From contig OZ250173.1 in NCBI GenBank assembly GCA_965238075.1, forward strand, positions 3,288,322-3,352,321: DNA of 64,000 nt. Reading direction: 5' to 3'. Origin of the DNA: Candidatus Entotheonellaceae bacterium. GTDB lineage: Bacteria > Tectomicrobia > Entotheonellia > Entotheonellales > Entotheonellaceae. The translations under genes and the position numbers were made by a program. The notes under the pieces were generated by a model that ran no database searches, was not told the DNA's origin, and worked only from the letters and a program-made list of their open reading frames with translations. Every line of letters starts with the position of its first letter. Within the stretch, counting starts at the first letter, position 1. Of the stretch, positions 38,365 through 47,740 are shown piece by piece.

Positions 38365-39597
38365 TCAGCGCAACCGGCCGGCCTGCTCCTTCGCGCTGCG
38401 TCCGATGCCGATACGTCGTGACATGACCACTTTCTGAATATCCGTCGTGCCCCCCGGATGCAGGCCGACCACGGCAGCGCGCTGATAGTGCTCCAGCAAA
38501 CCCTGCAGCGGACCCCACTGCGGATCGTTCGTCATCGCGTAGGGGCCGAGGGCGCGCAGCATCGTTTCCGCCATCTCAAGCGCCGTGACCTTGCGGTAAT
38601 AGGAGCCCTGCGGGCCTTCGTAGGACCTGGGCTTGTGGGCATGGCTGAGCCAATAGGTGCGCAGACCGAAGAGGCGGTTGATCTCGCTCTTGATGTATAC
38701 CTCGACCATGTCTTCGCGGACGTCCGCATTCTGACTGAGGGTGGCGCCGTTGTGTTTACTGGTGGTGCAATACTCAAGAAACTGGTCCACGATGCGGTTG
38801 CGACGAACGATACCGCCGCCGCCGTGTTCCAGCTCCAGATGCGTCGTCGCCACTTGCCAGCCGTTGTTCTCGCCGCCGACCAGATTGAAGGCCGGCACCC
38901 GCACGTTGTCGAAAAATATGGTGTGCTTGAGCCCGGGGGAAGCGCCGCCCTCGCCGCCGGCGGTAAGCAATTCCATGGGGCGCACCTCGATGCCGGGCAG
39001 TTCATAGGGGATCATCAGCCATCCGAGGTTGTGGTGCCTCGGTGCCTCGGGGTCCGTGACTACGATCGTCCACATCATCTCGCAGCCGTACAGACTGCCG
39101 ATGTAGATCTTCTGTCCGTTGACCACGTACGAATCGCCGTCGCGCACAGCCCGCGTCTGCACGCCTGCCAGGTCGGAGCCGGCGTTCGGCTCGCTGAGCA
39201 ATTGCCAGGTGCGCCACGCGCCGCGAAAAATGGGCGGCAGAAAGTGCTGTTTTTGCTCCTCCGTGCCCCACACGAAGATGCTGGCGCCTCCCAGGCGGCC
39301 GCCGGAGTCGTAATAGGGAGGCAGGTGCAGGCCGTAGCGATCCAGTTCCTCTTCCAGGATCATGACGAAATCGACCGACAGGTCGCCGCCGCCGTATGCC
39401 TGCGGATAGGTGGGATACAGCCAGCCCTTGGCGCCCAGACGGCGGCCAAGTTCGCGCAGCTTGTGATATTGCTCGAGGGTGAGGTCCGCCGGATCGACCG
39501 GTTGCGTCAAGTCCGCCGGGATATTCTCGCTCAGCCAGCCACGCGCCTCGGCACGGAAAGCCTCCTGCTCGGGCGTATACGTCACTTCGAAGTCCAT
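38365..39597 (-). CDS. Acyl-CoA dehydrogenase family protein
   Basis: SEPNAGSDLA, VNGQKIY, FFDNVRVP, GGTTDIQK. Confidence 0.93.
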   Translation of the reverse strand: MDFEVTYTPEQEAFRAEARGWLSENIPADLTQPVDPADLTLEQYHKLRELGRRLGAKGWLYPTYPQAYGGGDLSVDFVMILEEELDRYGLHLPPYYDSGGRLGGASIFVWGTEEQKQHFLPPIFRGAWRTWQLLSEPNAGSDLAGVQTRAVRDGDSYVVNGQKIYIGSLYGCEMMWTIVVTDPEAPRHHNLGWLMIPYELPGIEVRPMELLTAGGEGGASPGLKHTIFFDNVRVPAFNLVGGENNGWQVATTHLELEHGGGGIVRRNRIVDQFLEYCTTSKHNGATLSQNADVREDMVEVYIKSEINRLFGLRTYWLSHAHKPRSYEGPQGSYYRKVTALEMAETMLRALGPYAMTNDPQWGPLQGLLEHYQRAAVVGLHPGGTTDIQKVVMSRRIGIGRSAKEQAGRLR

Positions 39598-39794
39598 TTC
39601 ATGTCTCCACGGGATCTTTGGGCCACACCGATGGCGGGCGTCATCATAGCAGGGTTGGCGAAGGGTAATCCAGCGAGGGACTTGTTTGACGGGATGTTTC
39701 CGAGTTCCACATAATCGCCTCGACAGGTGGTATATTGAGGTTATTCAACTGAAGGCGCAGCGACAAGTCGAGGACACAAACGGGAGGGCCGACC

Positions 39795-41243
39795 ATGCCA
39801 GCAAGAACAGGTGACGAATACATTGCGGGGCTAAGAGAGAACCCGCCGGAGCTTTACCTGCAAGGCGAGCGGGTGAAGGACCCGACGACTCATCCCGGTC
39901 TACGCAACGGGGTGCATACCCTGGCGCGGCTGTATGACATGCAGCACGACCCGGAGTTGCGGGACGCGATGATCTACGTGTCGCCGTCCTCGGGCGACCG
40001 GGTCGGCCTGTCGTTCATTACGCCGCAAAGCCAGGGGGATCTTGAGCGGCGGAACACGATGATGACGCACTGGGCGCGCCTCAGTTGCGGCATGATGGGC
40101 CGCACGCCCGATTTCCTGAACGTGAGCTTCATGGCGATGGCCGCGGCGGGGGAATACTTTGGCCGCAACCGCCCGGAGTTTGAAAACAACGTCCAGGCCT
40201 ATTACGAATACGTCCGCGAGAACGACCTCGTGCTCACGCACACCCTGATCAATTTGCAGCGCAGCCGCCTGCCCTCCGGCAGCGGGCTGGAGGATACGAC
40301 CGACGTGGCCCTGTCGGTGGTGAAGGAAACGGACGCGGGCATCGTCGTCAACGGCGCTCGCGTGCTGGCCACCCTGCCGATCGCGGATGAGATCGCGGTT
40401 TATCCGGCACGCTCCCATCGCCTGCCCGGCAACGCGGCGGCACCAACTTCTTTCGCATTCGCCTTGCCCTGCAACGCACCCGGTCTGAAATTCCTCTGCC
40501 GGGAAAGCTTCGATCTGCAACGGTCGCGGTTCGACCATCCCCTGGGCTCGCGTTTCGAGGAGATGGACGCGATCGCCTTCTTTGACAACGTGCTGGTTCC
40601 CTGGGAGCGCGTGTTCCTGCTGGGCGACGTGGACCTGTGCAACAACATGTCCATAAAGACCGGCCAGTACGTGCACTCGGGGCACCAGGTGGTGACCAAG
40701 AATGTCGTCAAGTGCGAGTTCGTCCTGGGATTGGCCAACCTGATGGTGCAAACGCTGGGATCCGGCCAGTTGCCGCAGGTGCATCAGATGTTGGCCGAGA
40801 TCATCGAAAATCTGGAGGTGACCAAGGCGTGCCTGCGGACCGCCGAGGTGGATGCGGAGATCGACGAATGGGGCGTCATGTCCCCGGCCGAAACGCCCCT
40901 CATGGTGGCCCGCCAACTGTTCATGCGCATGTATCCGAGGATGGCGGAAATACTGCACCTCCTGGGCTCAAGCAGCCTCATGGCGCTGCCGACTGAAGCC
41001 GACCTCAGCGGCCCCCTGGCTCCGGAAATTCGTCGGTACCTTGAAACGGATACGGCCTCGGCCGAAGACCGTGTCCGCGTGTTTCGCTTGGCGTGGGACG
41101 CCTGCTGCAGTGCGTTCGCTTCCCGTCAGGTCCTATACGAACGCTTTTTCCAGGGCGACCAGGTACGTAACGCGTTCCTGCTGAACGCGGTGTACGACAA
41201 GCAGCCGATGACCGACCGGGTGCGAGCATTCCTTGAGCAATGA
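39795..41243 (+). CDS. hpaB: 4-hydroxyphenylacetate 3-monooxygenase, oxygenase component
   Basis: RTGDEY, GRTPDFLN, SRFEEMDA, VPWERVF, RQVLYERFF. Confidence 0.9.
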   Translation: MPARTGDEYIAGLRENPPELYLQGERVKDPTTHPGLRNGVHTLARLYDMQHDPELRDAMIYVSPSSGDRVGLSFITPQSQGDLERRNTMMTHWARLSCGMMGRTPDFLNVSFMAMAAAGEYFGRNRPEFENNVQAYYEYVRENDLVLTHTLINLQRSRLPSGSGLEDTTDVALSVVKETDAGIVVNGARVLATLPIADEIAVYPARSHRLPGNAAAPTSFAFALPCNAPGLKFLCRESFDLQRSRFDHPLGSRFEEMDAIAFFDNVLVPWERVFLLGDVDLCNNMSIKTGQYVHSGHQVVTKNVVKCEFVLGLANLMVQTLGSGQLPQVHQMLAEIIENLEVTKACLRTAEVDAEIDEWGVMSPAETPLMVARQLFMRMYPRMAEILHLLGSSSLMALPTEADLSGPLAPEIRRYLETDTASAEDRVRVFRLAWDACCSAFASRQVLYERFFQGDQVRNAFLLNAVYDKQPMTDRVRAFLEQ

Positions 41244-41518
41244 CGGGCATTTCGCTCTTCGGCCATTCGCCTCCGCGGCCATCGATTCACCCCGATTATG
41301 CTTGCTTTGGGTGGGCAAATTCACTAGATTAACGTAACCGTTTTGCCCTGCTGCCACCCCTTGCCTGCAAGAAAACAACGACCTGTCTGGACGTCCGGTA
41401 AGCCATGCTGACCAAGCATGGAACTGTTGTGCATACATTGCCCCTGGGGAGAGACCGCAGGGGGCACTGATACCTTGTTAAGGAAACGCATTCCCATACT
41501 CGGGATGAGGATACGTTT

Positions 41519-42178
41519 GTGAACCATTCCAGACGATACGGGCCTCTGCTTCTCGTGGCTGTGCTATCCGTTTGCGGCGCTTTGGCCGCCATGTCTCTGT
41601 TCGATGTCCGGACGGCGGTCGCCGCCGAGAAGCAGATCAAATATCTTGGGCACTGGGAAAAGAAGCGCTGCGCGAATTGCCATGAGGAACAATACGTCTC
41701 GTGGAAGAAGACCAAGCATGCCGACGCCATGGAGTCCCTGGAGGCAGGGACTGATGTGGGGGCTAAAAAGAAGGCTAAGCTCGATCCGACGAAGGACTAC
41801 ACGGAGGACCCGAAATGCGTCAAGTGCCACGTCACCGGCTGGGAGAAAGGCGGCTACGTCATCGGCAAAATGCGCAAGATGAGAAAGCTGGGCGGCGTCG
41901 GGTGCGAGACGTGTCACGGTCCCGCCGGCGATTACCAGCCCGTCAAGGATAGCTATTCGGAAGATGACTGGCCGCGCGAAGAGGTCATTGCTGCGGGCAT
42001 GAAGTACAGCGAACTCGAGACCTGCACGTATTGCCACAATACGGATCCGGATAACCCGTTCCCGGAGCCGGACTTTGCGGATGACGCCTATTGGCAAGGT
42101 CTTGAGGAAGCCCACAAGCACGTGCCGCTTAAAAAGCACGACATTCGCGAGGACAGCGAGTGGTTGTACGAGGATTAG
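41519..42178 (+). CDS. Tetraheme c-type cytochrome (c554/c552-like)
   Basis: CANCH, CVKCH, CETCH, CTYCH; N-terminal signal. Confidence 0.9.
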   Translation: MNHSRRYGPLLLVAVLSVCGALAAMSLFDVRTAVAAEKQIKYLGHWEKKRCANCHEEQYVSWKKTKHADAMESLEAGTDVGAKKKAKLDPTKDYTEDPKCVKCHVTGWEKGGYVIGKMRKMRKLGGVGCETCHGPAGDYQPVKDSYSEDDWPREEVIAAGMKYSELETCTYCHNTDPDNPFPEPDFADDAYWQGLEEAHKHVPLKKHDIREDSEWLYED

Positions 42179-42217
42179 GGCGGCAGCAATTGGCATCCTG
42201 TTCTCAAGGGAGGCGAC

Positions 42218-43189
42218 ATGAAATGGTCTGGCTTTTGGCAAACGCGCTCGAAACCGCGTCGTAAGGAACGGCTCTTATCCAGGCGCAGCCTGTTATGCAG
42301 AGGCGGCTGGCTGGGGTCGTTGGGCATGCTGCTGGGAGGCGGCTTGGCCGGTGGGGCGCGGGCGGCAACCGATGAAGGCAGTGCCTTCTCGGACAGCATC
42401 GGAGATTTTTTTCAAAAGCAATATCAGGAAATGACCGAGGACGAGATCCAGGAGGCGATTGGCAGAATCGAACGCAAGGCAAAGCGGCGTTATGACGTGG
42501 ACATCAAAGTGGGCGACGCGCCGCCGCCGCCCGGTGTGGTGTTCGGATTTGCGCTCAATTTGTCGCGTTGCACGGGCGTGCGGGAATGCGTCGAGGCCTG
42601 CGTGCAGGAAAATAATCTGAGCCGCTCGCCGCAGGTGCAATACATTCGTGTGGTGGAATTGAAGAAAGGCTCGTTGGACCTCCATGAATCCAATCATTAC
42701 TACGACACCGAAAAGGTTCCCCTGCCCGATAAGATTTATATGCCCATGCAGTGTGTGCAGTGCAACAATCCGCCTTGCGTGAAGGCTTGCCCGGTAGACG
42801 CAACGTGGCTGGAACCGGACGGGATAGTCGTGACGGATTACGATTGGTGCATTGGGACGCGTGCTTGCATGGCCGCTTGTCCTTATTCGGCGCGGCGTTT
42901 CAACTGGGCTGATCCGGTCATCCCGAAGGACGAGATTAACACCGACACCCATTTCCTGGGCAATCGGCCCAGGGAACGCGGCGTTGTGGAGAAGTGCACC
43001 AATTGTATTCAGCGGTCGCGCAATGGCCGCAATCCGGCCTGCGTGGAGGCCTGCCCCACCGGTGCACGGGTGTTCGGCAATCTGCTTGATCCCACCAGTG
43101 AGATTCGCTACGTCCTCGACAATAAGCGCGTGTTCCGTCTCAAAGAGGAGGCGGGCTGCGATCCCAAGTTCTGGTACTACTTTGATTAA
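42218..43189 (+). CDS. Tat-exported polyferredoxin, NrfC/DsrO-like
   Basis: SRRSLL; four Fe-S Cys groups including CVQCNNPPCVKACP and KCTNC...PACVEACP. Confidence 0.9.
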   Translation: MKWSGFWQTRSKPRRKERLLSRRSLLCRGGWLGSLGMLLGGGLAGGARAATDEGSAFSDSIGDFFQKQYQEMTEDEIQEAIGRIERKAKRRYDVDIKVGDAPPPPGVVFGFALNLSRCTGVRECVEACVQENNLSRSPQVQYIRVVELKKGSLDLHESNHYYDTEKVPLPDKIYMPMQCVQCNNPPCVKACPVDATWLEPDGIVVTDYDWCIGTRACMAACPYSARRFNWADPVIPKDEINTDTHFLGNRPRERGVVEKCTNCIQRSRNGRNPACVEACPTGARVFGNLLDPTSEIRYVLDNKRVFRLKEEAGCDPKFWYYFD

Positions 43190-43242
43190 GCCATTTCATC
43201 CGACCATAACAGCAACTCACGAACGATAAAGAGTCATCAAGT

Positions 43243-44454
43243 ATGCGGGCATTCGGGAGCTTTTGCTTCGACTGTGTCAAGTTGACGCTTCGCGGCAAGT
43301 GGTATTACTGGCTTTGGCTTGTGGTGCTGCTGGCGGGCGTCGGGGTGGGCGTCAAGTACTACGGCGGCCAACTTACGGAAGGCATGGTGGTCACGCACCT
43401 GAGCGACCAGGTCAATTGGGGACTCTACATTGCCAACTTCATCTTTATGGGGGGGATTGCCGCCGCGTCGATCGTGCTGGTGATCGCCGCCATCCTTTAC
43501 AAGCGCGAGGACGTCAGTCAGGCGGCGTTGATGGGCGTCGCGGTGGCGTTGTCGGCGGTGATCATGAGTTCGCTGTACATCCTCGTCGACCTCGGCAGAC
43601 CGGACCGCCTCTGGCACATGATTCCGTTCATTGGCAGGTACAATTTCCCCTACTCCCTGCTGTCGTGGGACGCTTTGGTGCTGAACGTCTATCTCCTGTT
43701 TACGCTGTGGCTTACCGGTACGATGCTGTTCAAGAATTACCGCGGGCAGGGCCAGGGGGCACCGATTATGCGGCGGTGGGTGGGCATTGCGGCCATGGTG
43801 TTTGTCATAGGGATGGTCACGGTCGAGGCATTCCTGCTATCCGGATACGAGGCGCGGCCGTTTTGGAATACCGCCGTCTTGGCGCCCCGCTTCCTGGCGG
43901 CCGCTTTTGTTTCGGGACCGGCCGTCATCATCCTGGTGCTCCAAGTGGTAGGTTGGTTCGACAAGCAGCGAGCGACAGCACCGGCGATCGACCTGCTGGC
44001 GATCATTATGCAAGCGGCCTTGTTATTCAATCTCTTTCTCGTCGGTGTGGAAATGTTTACCCATTTTTACACCCAAGGCGAGCATGCCATATCTGCGAAC
44101 TACCTCTACTTCGGGCTGAAGGGATTTGGCCGGCTCGTGCCGTGGATTTGGATCGCGCACGGCCTGGGCGTGGTTGCCGTCTGCCTCGTCTTGGTGCGGG
44201 CGCTGCGTCAACGGCGGGTGCTTTTGAACATTGCATGCCTGTTGGCAATTGCGGAAATCTGGATCGAGAAGACCATGGGATTGGTCATCCCGGGATTTAT
44301 CCCCACCTCCATGGGCGAGATTTTTGAATACATGCCGGCCGAGGCCGAGATATTTATATCCGTGGGGGTCTTATCGATCGGCTTGTTGGTTTTCACGGTC
44401 CTGGTCAAAATCGCCCTGCCCATTGTGCTTGGCCGGGTGAGATATTCAACCTGA
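43243..44454 (+). CDS. NrfD/PsrC/DsrP-family membrane quinol-interacting subunit
   Basis: WGLYIANF, DLGRPDRLW, LAPRF; about 10 TM segments. Confidence 0.92.
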   Translation: MRAFGSFCFDCVKLTLRGKWYYWLWLVVLLAGVGVGVKYYGGQLTEGMVVTHLSDQVNWGLYIANFIFMGGIAAASIVLVIAAILYKREDVSQAALMGVAVALSAVIMSSLYILVDLGRPDRLWHMIPFIGRYNFPYSLLSWDALVLNVYLLFTLWLTGTMLFKNYRGQGQGAPIMRRWVGIAAMVFVIGMVTVEAFLLSGYEARPFWNTAVLAPRFLAAAFVSGPAVIILVLQVVGWFDKQRATAPAIDLLAIIMQAALLFNLFLVGVEMFTHFYTQGEHAISANYLYFGLKGFGRLVPWIWIAHGLGVVAVCLVLVRALRQRRVLLNIACLLAIAEIWIEKTMGLVIPGFIPTSMGEIFEYMPAEAEIFISVGVLSIGLLVFTVLVKIALPIVLGRVRYST

Positions 44455-44466
44455 AGCCCTGGGCCG

Positions 44467-44952
44467 TCATTTTTGGCGCGTCTCCCGAGTCCCCTTAAGG
44501 CTGAACACGTAAGCCACCACCTGCAAAAGCCTCTTCCTGCCTAAGGCGTAACCCCACGGTCCCATAGGGCTCCCCTTCACGCCGTTGGTCACGACCTTGA
44601 CCAAGTCTTCATACCTGTTGCCGTGAAGCTGCTTGTTGTCGCTAAAGTCGGGGCACTGTGCGCCGGTACCGTTCCGACCATGGCATCCCCAGCAATAGGT
44701 GTGGAAGGTGCGCTTGCCGAGCGCGATGGCTTCGGGGTCTCCCTCCAGGCTGTCGGGGATGCGTCGGTCCGTAGTCGATGAGGCTTCATCGGTCTGTGCC
44801 GCGTTCTGTGCGGAATCCATCGCCCAAACCTCCACCGAGCCCCTTGGGACAGGCAAGAGGAGTTTGGTTTGCAAGGGCATTGGGGCCACCAAGAGGACAC
44901 CAAGGGTCATGACCGAAACGACAGAACCGGACCAATAAAGCACTCGCCGCAT
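44467..44952 (-). CDS. Monoheme cytochrome c
   Basis: CWGCH, distal Met in SPMGPW, N-terminal anchor. Confidence 0.85.
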   Translation of the reverse strand: MRRVLYWSGSVVSVMTLGVLLVAPMPLQTKLLLPVPRGSVEVWAMDSAQNAAQTDEASSTTDRRIPDSLEGDPEAIALGKRTFHTYCWGCHGRNGTGAQCPDFSDNKQLHGNRYEDLVKVVTNGVKGSPMGPWGYALGRKRLLQVVAYVFSLKGTRETRQK

Positions 44953-45255
44953 CGCATTACCTTATGGATTCTGGGCATGGTTTCAGTTGCTGATTCTTCA
45001 AGCCTCAACAGGTGACAGAGGCGGCGTAATGCTAGGTGCTGCCTGGCCTTTTCGCAAGCGCTCGTACCTGGATCGAACGTTGAACCATGGATGGTATCTG
45101 GCGTTTTTCCCTTGCGACTGAAAAGGGGTTTTATTACAGTGCCCTGACCTGACAGACCCTCTGCAGATAAACATTTGGTGGTATGTTTATTGTCGTACTT
45201 GCCCAGTGACGGGTCATAATCCCACGGCCCGAAACGCCCCACGGATGGGTGCCAC

Positions 45256-45996
45256 ATGTCGCGGTTGTATCCGATCATGCTTTGCATTCTTTGCGTTGGT
45301 GTGGCGCATTTGATGCTTAAACATCCGGGCCGGATACCGCTGCCAGCATTTGCCGAGGACAGGGATCAGCCGACGGTCGATGCGGACGAGTCGCCTGAAT
45401 CGACCCCTTCAGTGACCCATGTTTGGGACAGCGTGCATACAACCGGCGTAGAGGAAGAGCTGGTAGAGACGGTTTACGATGCGGACAAGGACGGTTGGGT
45501 GATTGCCGGAGAGCGAGGATTCGGCATTGGCATGTACGGGGCACCCGAATTTCAGATTCCAATGCGCAAGTGGGAAGATGTTCCCATGTTTCCCTGTTCT
45601 GACTGCCATAAGAAAATGGAAATCAATTACACGCCTCGGGAACTCAAGAAGAAACACGCTGACTTGGTTGTCGATCACGGCAATGATCGTTTCTGGTGCA
45701 CGGCCTGTCACGACGGCAAAGGGATGGATTTTCTGGCGTCCAAGGACGGCAGGCGTATTGACATGGACCACGGATACCTGCACTGCGGTGAATGCCATTT
45801 CAAGGCTCACAAGGATTGGGAGTACGGCGTGCATGGACTGCGCATCGGGCTGTGGCAGGGAACCCGCGTGCTCCGTACCTGCACGGAGTGTCATGACGCT
45901 CACCGGCCTCAAATAGCCCTTGAAACCCCGGTGCCGGCCCCCGAAGTGCGGGGAAACTTGCAACGGTTCGCCGTGCCGGTTACGAGTCATGAATAA
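45256..45996 (+). CDS. Tetraheme c-type cytochrome
   Basis: CSDCH, CTACH, CGECH, CTECH. Confidence 0.9.
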   Translation: MSRLYPIMLCILCVGVAHLMLKHPGRIPLPAFAEDRDQPTVDADESPESTPSVTHVWDSVHTTGVEEELVETVYDADKDGWVIAGERGFGIGMYGAPEFQIPMRKWEDVPMFPCSDCHKKMEINYTPRELKKKHADLVVDHGNDRFWCTACHDGKGMDFLASKDGRRIDMDHGYLHCGECHFKAHKDWEYGVHGLRIGLWQGTRVLRTCTECHDAHRPQIALETPVPAPEVRGNLQRFAVPVTSHE

Positions 45997-46059
45997 TCGC
46001 GAGGGCGCCTGCGCGGTCCCTTTAGAGTGGTTGCGAATACCGATCAATGGAATTGTCTT

Positions 46060-46551
46060 ATGATTTGGCGTGAAGCTATAACGCGGCGTGGTTTGTTGGG
46101 TAAATGGATCGCCCTTTCTGCCGTGCTGCTGTTCCGGCGCCGCGTGGAGGGAGAAGAATTACCATTCGAGCTTGCCTCTGAGGTCCCCGAAGGGCGTACC
46201 CTTCAAGAACGGCTAACCCCTATCCTTGCCGGCAGGACTCCCAAGCACGAACGGGTAACGTTGACCATGCCGCCCCTTGCCGAGGACGGTGGCACGGTAC
46301 CGTTGCAACTGGACGTGGAAAGCCCGATGACAGACCTGGATTATGTGCAGAAGCTGTATCTGATCGCTGACCAGAATCCCGACCCGCTGGTTTTCTCGGC
46401 GAGCCTTCACCCGGGCGCCGGGAGCGTGCGGTGGAAATTGAACATTCGTTTGGCCGATAGCACCCGGATTCGGGCATTTGCAGAAATGAATAACGGTGAC
46501 CTGTTTGTACAGGAAGTCGAAGTCGCAGTGCTTGTCGGTGGATGTGGGTGA
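46060..46551 (+). CDS. soxY: SoxY-like sulfur carrier
   Basis: Tat motif TRRGLL, PPLAEDGGTVP, NPDP, C-terminal VGGCG. Confidence 0.85.
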   Translation: MIWREAITRRGLLGKWIALSAVLLFRRRVEGEELPFELASEVPEGRTLQERLTPILAGRTPKHERVTLTMPPLAEDGGTVPLQLDVESPMTDLDYVQKLYLIADQNPDPLVFSASLHPGAGSVRWKLNIRLADSTRIRAFAEMNNGDLFVQEVEVAVLVGGCG

Positions 46552-46590
46552 CCGAGGCGGCAACTGAACAATGAAGGGTTCTGAGCGCTT

Positions 46591-46920
46591 ATGTTGAAGA
46601 TAGGTCGACGTGCAGTTCGCTTGCCTCGTCATGAATACGGCAAGGATGAGGTGATCGAGGTGAAGACTCGTATCATTCACCCGAATCATAATGGCCGGCA
46701 CAAGTACGAGGATAAAGGCTACATTGCCCAGCACTTCATACACCTGATCGAAGTCTATTATGGCGATCAGCTTATCATTTCCATGGATGCGTCCGCCGGC
46801 ATCAGCCAGAATCCCTATTTCACGTTTGCCCTGAAGGCCACGCATTCGGCCCCGTTGCGGGTGGTTTGGAAGGACACGCACGGAGAGGAATACACGGAAA
46901 CCGTGGACATTCGCGTTTAG
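46591..46920 (+). CDS. soxZ: SoxZ-like sulfur carrier partner
   Basis: IHPNHNG, HFI, ISQNPYFTF, WKDTHG. Confidence 0.88.
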   Translation: MLKIGRRAVRLPRHEYGKDEVIEVKTRIIHPNHNGRHKYEDKGYIAQHFIHLIEVYYGDQLIISMDASAGISQNPYFTFALKATHSAPLRVVWKDTHGEEYTETVDIRV

Positions 46921-46983
46921 CATCCACCGAGCATTGGCGTCTTTCCTAGGAACCGGTGGCTTGGCGCAAAGGTACATTTCGTA

Positions 46984-47697
46984 GTGAGTGGCATGCAGAG
47001 ACGACGCTTCATTCGATTCGCCGCCGGCATCTTCGCTTTGGGGACGGCCCCTCTTTTGGGGCGTGGCGGCCAGGCGGCAACGCTGAAGCGTTACCAGCGT
47101 GTGAAACTGGTTGATGCCCAAGGGAATGGGATCAAAACGGCTGCATTGGAGGAGGACGAGAGTTACCTGTTCTTTTATCCATACATGGGCACGCCGTGTT
47201 TTCTGTTAAACCTCGGCACACAGCACGACGGCTTGCGTCTGGCATCGGCCTATGGTAATCCGTGCGGATGGCCAGGGGGGATTGGGGTTGACCGTTCTAT
47301 CGTTGCCTACGCGGCAATTTGCACGCATCAGGTGACACGCCCTTCCCCCCAAAAAAGCTTTATCAATTACAATCCCAAAGGTGGTAAATCCGGCGAGGCG
47401 TCGGGTCGGATTACGTGTTGCCTGCACGGCAGCATGTTCGATCCGGCACAGGGTGGCAAAGTAGTGGGTGGCCCGGCTCCCCAGGCTCTTACGGCGATAG
47501 AACTGGACTATGACGAGGAGACGGACGGAATCCATGCTGTCGGCACCCATGGTGGGGAAGTCTTTAAGGCTTATTTCAAAGCCTATCGTAAGGAATTGAG
47601 GCAGGAATTTGGCCCTGCTCTAGCTCGGCAGGAAAGCTCCGGCGAGGCCGTTGTGATGCGTCTGTCGGACTATACGAAACGGCAGTTTTTTTGTTGA
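46984..47697 (+). CDS. Tat-exported Rieske [2Fe-2S] protein
   Basis: RRRF; ICTHQ and CCLHGSMFD; GGPAPQAL. Confidence 0.88.
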   Translation: MSGMQRRRFIRFAAGIFALGTAPLLGRGGQAATLKRYQRVKLVDAQGNGIKTAALEEDESYLFFYPYMGTPCFLLNLGTQHDGLRLASAYGNPCGWPGGIGVDRSIVAYAAICTHQVTRPSPQKSFINYNPKGGKSGEASGRITCCLHGSMFDPAQGGKVVGGPAPQALTAIELDYDEETDGIHAVGTHGGEVFKAYFKAYRKELRQEFGPALARQESSGEAVVMRLSDYTKRQFFC

Positions 47698-47740
47698 GCG
47701 GTGCCACTTTCAAGAAGATGATTCACAGAGGAAGGCGGGT

